A stretch of DNA of 64,000 nt from Myxococcota bacterium (GCA_965140415.1 OZ223209.1:5056001-5120000); one strand, 5' to 3'; shown: positions 9,505 to 19,952, numbered from the stretch's first letter. The notes: generated by a model from the sequence alone, not told the origin. Made by a program: numbers and translations.

Positions 9505-10008
9505 ATGCATTGCGCGATCGTACACACGCTGAAGTTTGTCTTATTCGCTGCGATTCTGATTGTTTTTTCCGGGTTATTGGGTTGTGAGAAAGTGACTGTC
9601 GATCCCAAGCTGCACGATCTGGAAGTTCCCTACATCCCCGACATTCATAAGCCGGGAGCCGTGAAAGATCCGCCTGCCAGCTACCGCGAAGCCTCCTCGG
9701 CGAACAAGCTGTATCGGCAAATGGAATTGGCCATTGTGGCCGGGCGCACCGAAGAAGCCTTGTTTAAATTGAAGGATCATTTAGCCCAACCCAAACCGGC
9801 TTTGGTCGGACGCGGCTATTTTCTGCTGGCGATGGCTTACGTCCGTGCCGGAAAGAAAGATCAGGCGAAAGAAGTTGCCGAACGAGGACTACAGCTTTGC
9901 CCCTATTGCAGCCAACACAACAATCTTATGCAACTGCTAGACGATCTGAAGAAAAACAAGGCAGATTTCGAATTGCCCGATAGCGGAGATGAAGAAGATC
10001 AGCCGTAG
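9505..10008 (+). CDS. TPR-like lipoprotein
   Basis: Lipobox LLGC; helical repeat YFLLAMAYVRAGKKDQAKEV. Confidence 0.7.
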   Translation: MHCAIVHTLKFVLFAAILIVFSGLLGCEKVTVDPKLHDLEVPYIPDIHKPGAVKDPPASYREASSANKLYRQMELAIVAGRTEEALFKLKDHLAQPKPALVGRGYFLLAMAYVRAGKKDQAKEVAERGLQLCPYCSQHNNLMQLLDDLKKNKADFELPDSGDEEDQP

Positions 10009-11072
10009 AAGTCTTCATAAGCCTGGGCGCTGCCGCGCCAGCGTCGCAGATTCGATACCCAGCGCTCCTTTTCCCATTCCAATATTACATATGTCAACCG
10101 CACCTGGAAGCCGTAGGCTTGAATATCCATGTTGGTGACGCCATTCCAGCAACCGGCGTTCAAATATTCACCCTCGCCGGACCATTGCCGATACAAGGCG
10201 TGGTGCGTATGACCTAGAATGACCGTGCCGATTTTCTCCTTTTTCAACAAATGGCGTACCGCGCGCAATTCGGGAAAACTGCGCGTTTGATTAAGCAGCA
10301 TGGGAATTACCGGCCAGCCGAAACGGCGGTGTCCTACCTTGGCGAAAAAGATCGTGTACAAGTAGAAGAAAATCAGCTTGGTGATGGTTACGATGAAGAA
10401 GCTAAGATCGAAAATGGCCGACCATGTCAGGTAATGTCGAAAGGGCTTGACCTTGTCGATATAGGCACGTCGATTTTTCAATTTACAGACGAAGTGAATG
10501 TAGAAATAGGTGGCCCACGGAATGTTCAGAATGGGCTCCGGCAATCCTCTCGATAAAATCGGCAGCTTGGGGTCGACGTAATGTACCGGCTCGAAACGAT
10601 CTCCGTGCTCGATATGCACGTTGTCGAACACATAAGCGCGGTTGAAAATCTGCACGTTTTCACCCAAGCGTTCTTGCAGCAATTTCTTGGCTTCGGTCCA
10701 GATAAGCCCGGCATCGTGATTGCCTACTGTAAACGTTAAAGTTTTTCCGGGATTCTCAATAAAGGCGCGCAAAGCGTCGAAAACCATGGTGTGACCGTTT
10801 AAGATATCCTGAAGTTGACGAAGTACGATGTCCTCGGTGATGTCGGAGGGAATGCGTCCATCCACCTCTCCCTGGATCAGGTTGAAGAAATCCCCGTTGA
10901 TAATCAACTCGACTTCAGTGTTGGTGTAATCGCCGGAAGAATAATACTCCAGAAACTCCACGAAACGCTCGTCGAGCATGAAGTTTTCCATGATGTTGCG
11001 GGAGCCGTCGGGGTTGCGCCGCCCGGTTCCAAGATGGAAATCGGATACCACCAGCTTGATTCGTTCCGTCAT
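9999..11072 (-). CDS. Calcineurin-like metallophosphoesterase (LpxH-like)
   Basis: SDFHLG, NGDFF, GNHD, HGD and GHTH motifs. Confidence 0.85.
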   Translation of the reverse strand: MTERIKLVVSDFHLGTGRRNPDGSRNIMENFMLDERFVEFLEYYSSGDYTNTEVELIINGDFFNLIQGEVDGRIPSDITEDIVLRQLQDILNGHTMVFDALRAFIENPGKTLTFTVGNHDAGLIWTEAKKLLQERLGENVQIFNRAYVFDNVHIEHGDRFEPVHYVDPKLPILSRGLPEPILNIPWATYFYIHFVCKLKNRRAYIDKVKPFRHYLTWSAIFDLSFFIVTITKLIFFYLYTIFFAKVGHRRFGWPVIPMLLNQTRSFPELRAVRHLLKKEKIGTVILGHTHHALYRQWSGEGEYLNAGCWNGVTNMDIQAYGFQVRLTYVILEWEKERWVSNLRRWRGSAQAYEDFYG

Positions 11073-12232
11073 GGTGCGATTGTCTCTTCCGTTTCCTGCG
11101 AATTGGAATCTTCCATTCGTTCCGTGGCTTCTTCCAGTTCCTCCGACGTTTCCGAATCCAGATAGAAACGTGTATTCTGGTAGTAATCCCGCATGCGCCG
11201 CCAGAGGATGTTGATAACAGACGCCACCGGCACGGCAATCAGAATACCGGCGAATCCCAGTAATTCACCGCCGATCATCAAAGCCAGAATGACCGCCAGG
11301 GGCGACAGGCCAACTTTGTCTCCAACGACTTTCGGGGTAATAACAAACGATTCGAGCGTTTGCACGATCGTAAAGGTAATGCCGATGCCGATCAGCGGTC
11401 CATAACCCTGCCAGTCCAGTAACGCCAGTAACAGCGACAAACCCACGCCCACCGCCGAGCCAAGGTAAGGAATGAAGGCGACCATGCCTGCAATCAGGCC
11501 GATCAAAAAGCCCAGCGGAACGCCACTGATCGCAAAGCCCACGGCGTAAAGCATTCCCAGAATCAGGCAGACTGTCACCTGCCCGCGCACGAAGGAAGAG
11601 AGCACTTCGTCGATTTCCCGGAACAGATCGATGACCCAGTTTTTGTGCCGCAGCGGAACATAGTGCAGCGGATACAACTTCAAGGTGTCGAAATCGCGCA
11701 GGAAATAAAAGGTGAAGATTGGAATCATGGCGGCGGAAAACAGCGCCATGATGGCCCCAAAGGTGGAGGTGAAAGTGTTCTTTAAAAAGGTCGTTACCGG
11801 AGCCAGTTCGGCGGCGGTCAGGTTATGCAGCCAGTCTTTGGCGCGCAATCCGACCTTTTCCAGTAATGAGGGCAACTCCATACCGGTCCACTGCGTCAAT
11901 AGCGGCACCAGGCGCTTTTCGAGATTCGAAATAATTTCGGGCAATCGAGCGATGAACGACTCGGTTTCATCGACGATCAACGGGATGAAGATGAGCAGGA
12001 ACACAGCAAACACCAGCATGGCCGCAGCCAATAGCAGCACGATGCCGAGTGTGCGCGAGAATTTGCGCTCCTCCAAGCGATCCACCACCGGGTCGAGAAA
12101 ATAGGCGAGCAGAAAGGAAAACGCCACAGGGATCAGTACGTCGCGCAGCAGATACATCAACACGGTGGCCAGAAGTAACAGAACCACAACCAGTTTCATG
12201 TTCGGTGCCGGGCGACTTTGCGACTCGTTCAC
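11069..12232 (-). CDS. AI-2E family transporter
   Basis: Multi-TM; LAYFLDP, FIPYLG, P.VVGD.VGLSPL..I.AL..GG.L.G..G..IA.P. Confidence 0.92.
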   Translation of the reverse strand: MNESQSRPAPNMKLVVVLLLLATVLMYLLRDVLIPVAFSFLLAYFLDPVVDRLEERKFSRTLGIVLLLAAAMLVFAVFLLIFIPLIVDETESFIARLPEIISNLEKRLVPLLTQWTGMELPSLLEKVGLRAKDWLHNLTAAELAPVTTFLKNTFTSTFGAIMALFSAAMIPIFTFYFLRDFDTLKLYPLHYVPLRHKNWVIDLFREIDEVLSSFVRGQVTVCLILGMLYAVGFAISGVPLGFLIGLIAGMVAFIPYLGSAVGVGLSLLLALLDWQGYGPLIGIGITFTIVQTLESFVITPKVVGDKVGLSPLAVILALMIGGELLGFAGILIAVPVASVINILWRRMRDYYQNTRFYLDSETSEELEEATERMEDSNSQETEETIAP

Positions 12233-12301
12233 GATTCCCTCTCCCGTTCTATACTACGATATGCGAATGATAGCAGAAGATCCGCCAGCTAGACAAGTCT
12301 T

Positions 12302-13453
12302 TCAGCTTCCAGGCGTATTAGGACTTCCATCGAAGATCTGCCGAAGTTCTTCGATCATCCGTTTCATCTCCTCCGTCACTGGAGGTAACGACATCTCACC
12401 CGCCTCGCGCCACCAATCCGCACTTTCAGTGTACAGCCACACGATGCCGTCCCCCGCTTGCGAGACAGCGTTCAACTTGCAGCGAAGTTCTTCCACCGTC
12501 AGCGGCTTTCCCTTCTCCGGTCCGATAAAGTGCCGATCGTAAACGCCGAAGGCAATGGGCATTTTGCCAAGAAAGAGAGGAAGCTCCGCTTTACTTAAAA
12601 AGGGATAGCTCGGCGGCCATTGTACACGCATCTGCTGCGCGGCCAGCTTAAATTGTTCAGGCAAACGGAGTGCGTAACGTTCCCCGCCCTCGATCAACTG
12701 CCCCACCTGCGCCGTCATCGCCATGCCTGCCGCAAAGGGACCGATATACGGCCATGGCTCGCGATAGGCTCCCGTTTCATCTACCGAAATCCAAGGTCCG
12801 AGAAAGAGCAGCACCGGTGCGTCCGTCCAACCCGCTTGAATTGCCGCCATAGTTTGTTCGCCACGCGCTTTGTATTGCCGGGCGTAATCCTCGATACTGC
12901 GGTCATTTTGAACGACGTCGAAAGCGAACCAGTTACAGCCATACGGTTCGTTATCAAAAGCCAGCCCGTATAACCCCGCTTCCTTGGCAGCCAGGGAGAA
13001 AAGTCGCAGGTTATCGAAAATCACGCTCCAGTCTTCGAACACATCCGGGGGACAGGCATCCGTCTGCGGAGACGACGCAAACAGCAGCAGCAGATCGTGG
13101 CGTCCCTGTCCTAACCCTGCCTGCCGATACGGTTCCAATGCGGAACGAATTTCATCAATAGTTAAAGCTTGCTGCGAAAAGATGCGATCCCGAAGCGGCG
13201 AGTCGAGCAGGACACCGTCGAATGGAGCGGTGCGCAAGCGCTCGGAGTGACTCGCCGCCCAGGATACCGAAGGCATATCCCAGCCGTGCTTGAGCAGCAG
13301 AACGTTCCCTTTTGTAGGAGTGGATCGCAACACCGCTTTCTGCGAGGCACAGGCCATGCATAAACTAAAAACCGCCAGCAGAATGAAGATTCGACTGGCG
13401 GTATGGTGACTTGTTTCCAACTTGTTTATCGTCAGGGCAGTCCCGAACGGCAA
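12302..13453 (-). CDS. Hypothetical lipoprotein, possible TIM-barrel hydrolase
   Basis: Signal ending LCMAC; GWDMP, PFDGV and GLAFDNEPY motifs; start codon uncertain. Confidence 0.65.
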   Translation of the reverse strand: MPFGTALTINKLETSHHTASRIFILLAVFSLCMACASQKAVLRSTPTKGNVLLLKHGWDMPSVSWAASHSERLRTAPFDGVLLDSPLRDRIFSQQALTIDEIRSALEPYRQAGLGQGRHDLLLLFASSPQTDACPPDVFEDWSVIFDNLRLFSLAAKEAGLYGLAFDNEPYGCNWFAFDVVQNDRSIEDYARQYKARGEQTMAAIQAGWTDAPVLLFLGPWISVDETGAYREPWPYIGPFAAGMAMTAQVGQLIEGGERYALRLPEQFKLAAQQMRVQWPPSYPFLSKAELPLFLGKMPIAFGVYDRHFIGPEKGKPLTVEELRCKLNAVSQAGDGIVWLYTESADWWREAGEMSLPPVTEEMKRMIEELRQIFDGSPNTPGS

Positions 13454-13458
13454 GCGGC

Positions 13459-14226
13459 TTACCAGGAGAAGCCCAGATGCGGCATCAGTGAAGCGTAGAT
13501 GGCATCGCCATGATACTGTCGCTGATCCGAAACGGCATAACCGACCGACAGGCTGACTCCCAAAGTCAGATAGAAGGGGAAGCGGTAACGGTAACCGACT
13601 TCCAACATGGGCACCAGCAGATCAAAGTCTTTGCCGTCGCCCGATTCGTTGAATTTGACCAAACCCCATTCGTCAACGACTTCCGTAGACGCCATGGCGG
13701 CGGGAATCGGATCGGGGTCGCGATGCATGTGAATGAAGAAGAATCCCGGCCCGAAGTACAAACTGCCGGGGCCGTCGCCCAACGGGTACCAATGGAAGGC
13801 GAAACCCAGCCCGTAGCAGAAACCGACATCATCCGGGAAGGGCTGATACCAGGCCCACCAAGCCGTAACACCGAAATGCGGCGCGGCGATTTCCGCCTGG
13901 ATACCGACTTCGAGCAACAGATCTTTACCCAACAGGCCCACAGCGCTACGCTCGGAGATCAGCACCATGGATTTGCCGCCCGTTTCAATTTCTTCTGCCG
14001 GCTCTTCTTCTGCCGGCGCTTCGCCTTCCGGCGTGGCAGCGGGTTGCTCTTCGGGAGCAGCCGCAGGAGCCTCTTCCGGCTGTGGCGGCGGAGCGGTCTT
14101 TAATTCAGATGCGGCGACCGGTTCAGGGGAAACTGCTGTTGTTTCCGCCGGTTCCGGTTCGGCCCATGCCGACATAGTAAGCATCAGCAGTACGATTACA
14201 AGCGCTATTTGGCTGGTATGCTTCAT
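13459..14226 (-). CDS. Secreted/outer-membrane beta-barrel protein with a Pro/Glu/Ala-rich N-terminus
   Basis: Signal peptide (AWA|E); GYRYRF; terminal aromatic residue (LGFSW) typical of OM barrels. Confidence 0.7.
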   Translation of the reverse strand: MKHTSQIALVIVLLMLTMSAWAEPEPAETTAVSPEPVAASELKTAPPPQPEEAPAAAPEEQPAATPEGEAPAEEEPAEEIETGGKSMVLISERSAVGLLGKDLLLEVGIQAEIAAPHFGVTAWWAWYQPFPDDVGFCYGLGFAFHWYPLGDGPGSLYFGPGFFFIHMHRDPDPIPAAMASTEVVDEWGLVKFNESGDGKDFDLLVPMLEVGYRYRFPFYLTLGVSLSVGYAVSDQRQYHGDAIYASLMPHLGFSW

Positions 14227-14612
14227 ATTCAACCTCAGACTCCTCCGCTTCTCAACCCATCAAAAGCAAGGCTACAGATCGCGATGCGACTGCCTTACCA
14301 CCCTTTGTGCTTGGGACGTTCGGTTTGGTGCCACATAAAAAGGACTGACAAAAGTCCAATCAATGTATAGGCAAACACACCGATCATGTAAAATTCAACT
14401 GCTGTCATTTTCCCACCTTCCTCTAAACACAGGGGGGATCATAGCCAGATCACCACAAAATTGCAAATTTTTTAATTCTATCGTCTTTACAGCCCTTGGT
14501 AGACTTTGTTATGCTTGAAATGGCTAAGGAAAGCCGAGTGTCAACCCAGTCTTAAAATATCGGGAAAGAGTCTGCTCGTCAGGCTGTAACCCCCGCCAGC
14601 AGGAGCTGCCCC

Positions 14613-17600
14613 ATGTCGGGATTCTTGAAGGCTTGCACTATTGCGTGTCTCTTTATGTGGACAACTGTCTTTTCCACGGCGGTGACTGTTGCCGCACCGA
14701 ATATCGAGGCCCAAACCAATCTCCCGGAAGAAATTCTGGTCGATCAGCCGCTGAATATGGATTTCACCATCCAGCACGGCGCAAAGCATATCGACTATGC
14801 CCTAGTCTACTATCGTAACCTACTGCGCAGTTCATGGAAAACCGTGTTTATTCGGAAAGCGAATTCCGAACGCTGGAGCGCGACGATCCCCGGAGAGCAC
14901 GTCAGCCGTCCCGGCATCGAAATCTGGGCGGTGGCCTTCGACCGACGCGGAGGCAAGCATGCACTGCTGTCCTCCGATTCAGACCCCACGATGATTCCGG
15001 TTGTGGAACGCCTGAGTCGACCGGTTACCGCCACTCCCATTCCCGCATCGGAAGCGACGCCTTCCGGGCAGCAGGAAGAACCCGACGAATTTTCCATGAA
15101 CTGGGAGGAAGGTGTCGATTCGCAGGAGCCGATTGAACCCAAAACGCTTTCGGAGGCTCAGGAACCGGCGGAAGGAGAAGAACTTCAAAAAGCGGAAACG
15201 CTGGAACAGGCAGAGGAATTGTTGGGTCGCGAATTCCAGGGCGAGCCAGGTTTTAAGGATACGGACCTGTCCGAAGAGTTCGCCCTGTTCACCGCAGAAA
15301 CGGAAGCCAAGGTCAAATCGGCTTCCAAGGTAGAGCAGGAAATCTCCACCTCCCCTTCTTCGATCACCGTCATCACCGATGAAGATATCCGCAACTACGG
15401 CTCCACCAGTATTGCCGAGGTGCTGCGCACCGTTCCCGGCATGGATTTTCTGGAGATCAGCCATGCCGACAAAAACCTGAACGTGCGAGGTTTCAATCGT
15501 GAAGGCTCCAACAAAATGCTGGTGCTTATCGATGGTCGCTCAGTTTATGTGGACCTGTTCGGTATCACGTTCTGGGAAGCGCTGCCGATTCCGGTAGAGG
15601 AAATCGAGCGCATGGAAGTCATTCGCGGTCCGGCTTCCACTTTGTACGGAGCCAACGCCTTTTCCGGTGTGGTCAATATCTATACCAAGCGACCGGAAGA
15701 TATCAAGGGCCTGCTGTACGGTGTACATGCCGGACCTTACGGGCAAACGGCATCGGCAGTATTCGGCGATGTCAAAGATCGGCTAGGGTACAAACTTTCC
15801 GCCAGTTACCGGCGGCTGGCCTCCTATGACGACATGGACGACGACTCCATCGAATCGGTCAAAGGCAGCACCCTGATCGAATATGCCTTTGCCAAAGATC
15901 TGGGGCTTTCGATTTCCGGTGGTGCGGAAAAGGATCAGGCGAAGTCGATCTTTTCGTTGGTTGGTCCGGTTTCGGTCAGCACCACTCAGGCCTACACAAA
16001 ACTGAATGCCTGGTGGAAAGGCTTGGAATTCCAGTTCTTCTGGAGCTATCTGAATGTGGCGGCGGGCTTCGATCTGCCGATTCCACAGACAATCGCCGCC
16101 GATCCCAACTATTTCGTAGGCGAAGAGGACACCTCGATCCGCATCGATATCGACAAGCCGGACATGCCGCTGATCCACTCGACCAGCCATACTTTCGATT
16201 TGGACCTGCAATATAATATAGAATTGGGCGGCATCGACCGCATCACGGTCGGCGGTAATGCCCGTATCGTGCGCCTTGATTCTCCCGACGCCGAACAGGT
16301 GGTGGAGAGCGCCGCAGAGGCGACGGAAGCGGCGGTTTCCTCCGCACCGGAAGAAGGACTACGTACAAGGCGTTATACCTATTCGCTCTTTTTGCAAAAC
16401 GAGTTGTATCCGGTGGACTGGTTTATCATGAACGCCGGTATTCGCTACGAACTGCTCGACGTCAAAGAACACAAAATCTTAGACGATCCAACCAGCAGCG
16501 AAGTGGACAACATCCACTCCTGGTCCCCGCGCGGCAGCTTGATTTTCCTGCCACACAAAAATCACGCGCTGCGTATTTCAGGCGGTGTCAGTTTCCGTAA
16601 TCCGGCGTTTTTCGAATCCAACATGCAGGTGAATCTGGGCAAACTGATGATGACCGCCCGCACCTCCGAACTGGATTCCGTGATCCCATTCAACGACATT
16701 ACCGGCGAGGCGGATCTGGCCTACTCCGGAGAATCGTCGCTTTCACCTGAAAAGCTGTACGCCATCGAATTCGGCTATTCCGGGCGCTTCATCAAGCGCA
16801 TCGAGTTGAACGTGGATTTCTTTTACAACTGGTATCGGGATCTGATTTTATTCGACGGCAACCCGGAAAAGCTGTACTGGAATCTGAATCCCTTCTTTGC
16901 TCTGAATCCGGATGACTTCGAAGGCGGTGAGACCGGGCGCGCCTTTAAAACAGCCCAGAAATTGATGAATCCCTTCCGCTTCACAAACGACGTAGACGCC
17001 AATAACGTCGGTTTCGAACTGGCGCTGCGGGTACGCATGACAAGCTGGCTGCGCGGCTTCGCCAATTACAGCTTCCAGCATATCTGGGTATCCAACGCAG
17101 ATACGCTCAAGCAGAAATACGCTGACGACTACAATGCCTTTGTGGATCTACTGCCCACGACCATCGACGCCAACGGCATTCCCATCGCCATAGGCAATGC
17201 CGAAGCTTACAAGGAACATATCTCCCCCTCGGATATTGCGTTGGAGGACATCACCACGGTTCACAAGGAGAATCCGACGCACAAGTTCAATGTCGGACTG
17301 AATACGCACTACAAAGGTTTTTCCGCCAATCTGTTCGGACATTTCGTTTCCGCTACCGAACGGCGCAATTTTCTGACGCGACTGGCGTCCTCGCAGTTCT
17401 ATACCTTTAGCTGGACCGGCGGTGACGGCGGCTGGATTCGTTATAATGGCCGAGATGATGTGGCCGTTTACACCAAAGATCCTGAAAGCGGCGACACCAC
17501 CGTGTACGGCATCGACAAGATTTCGGAATATTTCATTTTGAACTTCAACGCCAGCTATGCGTTGTGGGATGGAAAAATGGAACTGGGTGTAGCCTTTTTC

Positions 17601-17816
17601 GACCTGCTGCAACTCCCCAGCCTGTGGAAATCGCAAAAGAACAACGGCTTTACCTTGGAAAAGAACCAGTGGGACGGAAAAATGAACTATTACACGGCAA
17701 ACGGCATTGCCTCGCCGCGCTACGTTCAGTATCCGCGCCAGTTGCTCTTTGGTGAAACCGTCGGCGGAGAAACCATTCCTACCCGCGTCTTTTTCTTTAT
17801 CCGAGGGAAGATTTAG
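14613..17816 (+). CDS. TonB-dependent receptor with an N-terminal Ig-like domain and acidic linker
   Basis: Plug motifs SPSSITVIT, L..VPG, VRGF, LVLIDG, IERMEVIRGPASTLYGANAFSGVVNI; beta-barrel C-terminus. Confidence 0.9.
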   Translation: MSGFLKACTIACLFMWTTVFSTAVTVAAPNIEAQTNLPEEILVDQPLNMDFTIQHGAKHIDYALVYYRNLLRSSWKTVFIRKANSERWSATIPGEHVSRPGIEIWAVAFDRRGGKHALLSSDSDPTMIPVVERLSRPVTATPIPASEATPSGQQEEPDEFSMNWEEGVDSQEPIEPKTLSEAQEPAEGEELQKAETLEQAEELLGREFQGEPGFKDTDLSEEFALFTAETEAKVKSASKVEQEISTSPSSITVITDEDIRNYGSTSIAEVLRTVPGMDFLEISHADKNLNVRGFNREGSNKMLVLIDGRSVYVDLFGITFWEALPIPVEEIERMEVIRGPASTLYGANAFSGVVNIYTKRPEDIKGLLYGVHAGPYGQTASAVFGDVKDRLGYKLSASYRRLASYDDMDDDSIESVKGSTLIEYAFAKDLGLSISGGAEKDQAKSIFSLVGPVSVSTTQAYTKLNAWWKGLEFQFFWSYLNVAAGFDLPIPQTIAADPNYFVGEEDTSIRIDIDKPDMPLIHSTSHTFDLDLQYNIELGGIDRITVGGNARIVRLDSPDAEQVVESAAEATEAAVSSAPEEGLRTRRYTYSLFLQNELYPVDWFIMNAGIRYELLDVKEHKILDDPTSSEVDNIHSWSPRGSLIFLPHKNHALRISGGVSFRNPAFFESNMQVNLGKLMMTARTSELDSVIPFNDITGEADLAYSGESSLSPEKLYAIEFGYSGRFIKRIELNVDFFYNWYRDLILFDGNPEKLYWNLNPFFALNPDDFEGGETGRAFKTAQKLMNPFRFTNDVDANNVGFELALRVRMTSWLRGFANYSFQHIWVSNADTLKQKYADDYNAFVDLLPTTIDANGIPIAIGNAEAYKEHISPSDIALEDITTVHKENPTHKFNVGLNTHYKGFSANLFGHFVSATERRNFLTRLASSQFYTFSWTGGDGGWIRYNGRDDVAVYTKDPESGDTTVYGIDKISEYFILNFNASYALWDGKMELGVAFFDLLQLPSLWKSQKNNGFTLEKNQWDGKMNYYTANGIASPRYVQYPRQLLFGETVGGETIPTRVFFFIRGKI

Positions 17817-17876
17817 AGACGGAATTCATCAAACATAAAATTCTTTCTAACCCATTGCGACTGCCATAAACAAACA

Positions 17877-17898
17877 CCGGGCGGGAAAACCCGCCCGG
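17877..17898 (-). terminator. Terminator hairpin between the convergent TonB receptor and Hsp20 genes
   Basis: CCGGGCGGG-AAAA-CCCGCCCGG, followed by TGTTTGTTT on the minus strand. Confidence 0.75.
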
Positions 17899-17943
17899 CA
17901 TTGTCATCAACTTGAGGAAGGAAGATGAGGGGGAACCGGAAAC

Positions 17944-18387
17944 TTAGGATACGACCGGAATCTGCTTGGGCAGTACGGCTTCGCGCTTGGGAATACGAAC
18001 TTCCAGGACACCATTGGTCAGTTTAGCACTGATTTCATCCGTGTTGACCGTTTCGCCCAGGCGGAAGGAACGTTGGAATTCGCCGCTGTAGCGTTCGGTG
18101 AAATGCACTTTTTCGCTTTCCTCATTGATTTCCGTTTTACGTTCGCCGGAGATGGTCAATACACCCTTTTCCACCGACATATTCACGTCGTCCTTGGTCA
18201 GACCGGGCAAATCCATTGTGAGCAGATAGCCGTTTTCGTTTTCGGTGATATCCACCGGCGCGCTCCACTGATTCGTGCAGCAGTTTTCAAGGTGCCGACG
18301 ACGTCCGCTGTAGAAGTCGTTGAGGAAATTGTTGGTAAAAGTACGACGGCTCGGATTCAGGTAGTTGCGAGTGATGAGGTAAGACAT
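17944..18387 (-). CDS. Hsp20/alpha-crystallin small heat-shock protein
   Basis: PVDITE, DLPG, LTISGER, ERYSGEFQRSF.L, A.L.NGVL.V.IPK. Confidence 0.95.
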   Translation of the reverse strand: MSYLITRNYLNPSRRTFTNNFLNDFYSGRRRHLENCCTNQWSAPVDITENENGYLLTMDLPGLTKDDVNMSVEKGVLTISGERKTEINEESEKVHFTERYSGEFQRSFRLGETVNTDEISAKLTNGVLEVRIPKREAVLPKQIPVVS

Positions 18388-18621
18388 GATGTTCTCCTTT
18401 ATGATAACTTTTGTTGTTTTTCACTAACCTGGCCGACTCTCTCTCGGCCTCTCTCATTTTCAGAACCGGTTCAGCGTTCCGTTAGGTAGAAACTAAGAAC
18501 GCTTTCTCCACTGTCAAGTCAGAGAAAAACTTTTTTGTAATGATTTTAGATTAGTTATTAATGGTAATGGAGAAAAGCAGATTGGACCAGACTTCGTTTT
18601 TTAACGAAATGACAAGAGAAT

Positions 18622-19842
18622 TTACTGGGATAAACCATCCCCATCCGGGTAAGGAATCGAATCTTCATCGGCAGGATAGGAGGCTTCTGCGTCCCTTTGT
18701 TCTTGATCGATATCATTGAAATCTCTATCGAAGTCGAGTTCCGAATCGCCATCGGGAATGAAATCGCCGTCTACCACGAGATCGCCATCAAGAACGAGGT
18801 CGCCGTCCACAATGACATCGCCATCTGAATCGAGATCACCATCGAGCATCACATCGCCATCCGGTGGCCATGGGTTTTCCGCTTCTTCTGCTTCTGCTTC
18901 AGCTTCTGCTTCAGCTTCGGATTGGTCCAAATCTCCGTCGGGTGGTTGCAATTCACCGGTGACGTTCAACTCATAAGCGCCGTGTGAGCGCTCCGTGTTT
19001 GTTTGATATCCGGCATCGACGACCAGGAAATATCTCCCGCGCTCCGTGGCGGTAAACGAAAGGGTTTCCGTTTTACCCGCCCAGTTGCGGTCGCTGCCTT
19101 CCAAGCACACGGCCAGATTGGAACATTCCGAAGCGATCAGCAGAGCCGGATCGTACTCTTCGCTTAACGGCGTCAGCTCCGCCCGCAACGAATCACCGCT
19201 GCGCATGTCGATGGCGTATACGTGATCTTCTCCCATCACGCCCCAATCGAAACAACTGGTCTGCACGCGGAAATCGTCACCGGCTTCGAAGGTATCGTCA
19301 CTGACGGAAAACGGCAGTTCGGTAATCCATCCATCCGCTTGGCAGGGTTTCCAGGCCGGGTTGCACAGGCAGTCGTCCATGCCCGTATCCGGGTCATAGC
19401 TGCAACCGGTCGCTAAACCGCCGTTGCGCTCGGCGCAGATGCTGTCACAGTTTCGAAGCACAAACTGTCCTTCTTCACAAACACACAATTCTAAGTCGAA
19501 ACAGACCGTTGGATCTTGCGCCTGGCAGGTACCCGAACACGAGAAGGGTTCGCCGTCCCAGTCGCCGGGAGGGTAGTTCCAATCCGCCATTTCGGCGTCG
19601 CCGTCTACCGGTGTTTCCGGGTTCGAATCCAGATCGCCATCCGACATGGGAGGCTCGATTTCCTGCTCTCGGCTATCGCCATCCACACTGTCGCCGTCAC
19701 TGGTGCTTTCGTTGTCATCGCCATTACAACCCATCAGCAATAGCATCGCCAGCAGCAAGAAACAGTACGCCACCCAGGCGGCATTACTTGCCTGTGCTGC
19801 TTGCCGGTGCAACGGCTGCTGGTGTTTATGCAACGGATGCAT
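18622..19842 (-). CDS. Lipoprotein with a Cys-rich region, PPC-like domain and DGD repeats
   Basis: Lipobox LMGC; DHVY, YDPALL, GRYFLVVD (PPC-like); seven tandem DGDxxx units at 18745-18861. Confidence 0.75.
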   Translation of the reverse strand: MHPLHKHQQPLHRQAAQASNAAWVAYCFLLLAMLLLMGCNGDDNESTSDGDSVDGDSREQEIEPPMSDGDLDSNPETPVDGDAEMADWNYPPGDWDGEPFSCSGTCQAQDPTVCFDLELCVCEEGQFVLRNCDSICAERNGGLATGCSYDPDTGMDDCLCNPAWKPCQADGWITELPFSVSDDTFEAGDDFRVQTSCFDWGVMGEDHVYAIDMRSGDSLRAELTPLSEEYDPALLIASECSNLAVCLEGSDRNWAGKTETLSFTATERGRYFLVVDAGYQTNTERSHGAYELNVTGELQPPDGDLDQSEAEAEAEAEAEEAENPWPPDGDVMLDGDLDSDGDVIVDGDLVLDGDLVVDGDFIPDGDSELDFDRDFNDIDQEQRDAEASYPADEDSIPYPDGDGLSQ

Positions 19843-19952
19843 GTCTTTCCGATTCCTCTTGCATGGCGATTATCACAAACCGCCTACCCTTCTCCATTTA
19901 CTGTAACAAGCTTTGTCACGGGCGGCAAGAGGATTGTCGAACAGCCTTCAGG

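Noticed and set aside
14316-14333. TGGCAC on the minus strand as a sigma54 promoter
   Set aside because: No TTGC at the -12 position.
18745-18918. Regular 18-nt and 6-nt tandem repeats that might suggest a CRISPR array or VNTR
   Set aside because: They are in-frame coding repeats (DGDxxx and AE) with no unique spacers and no cas genes.
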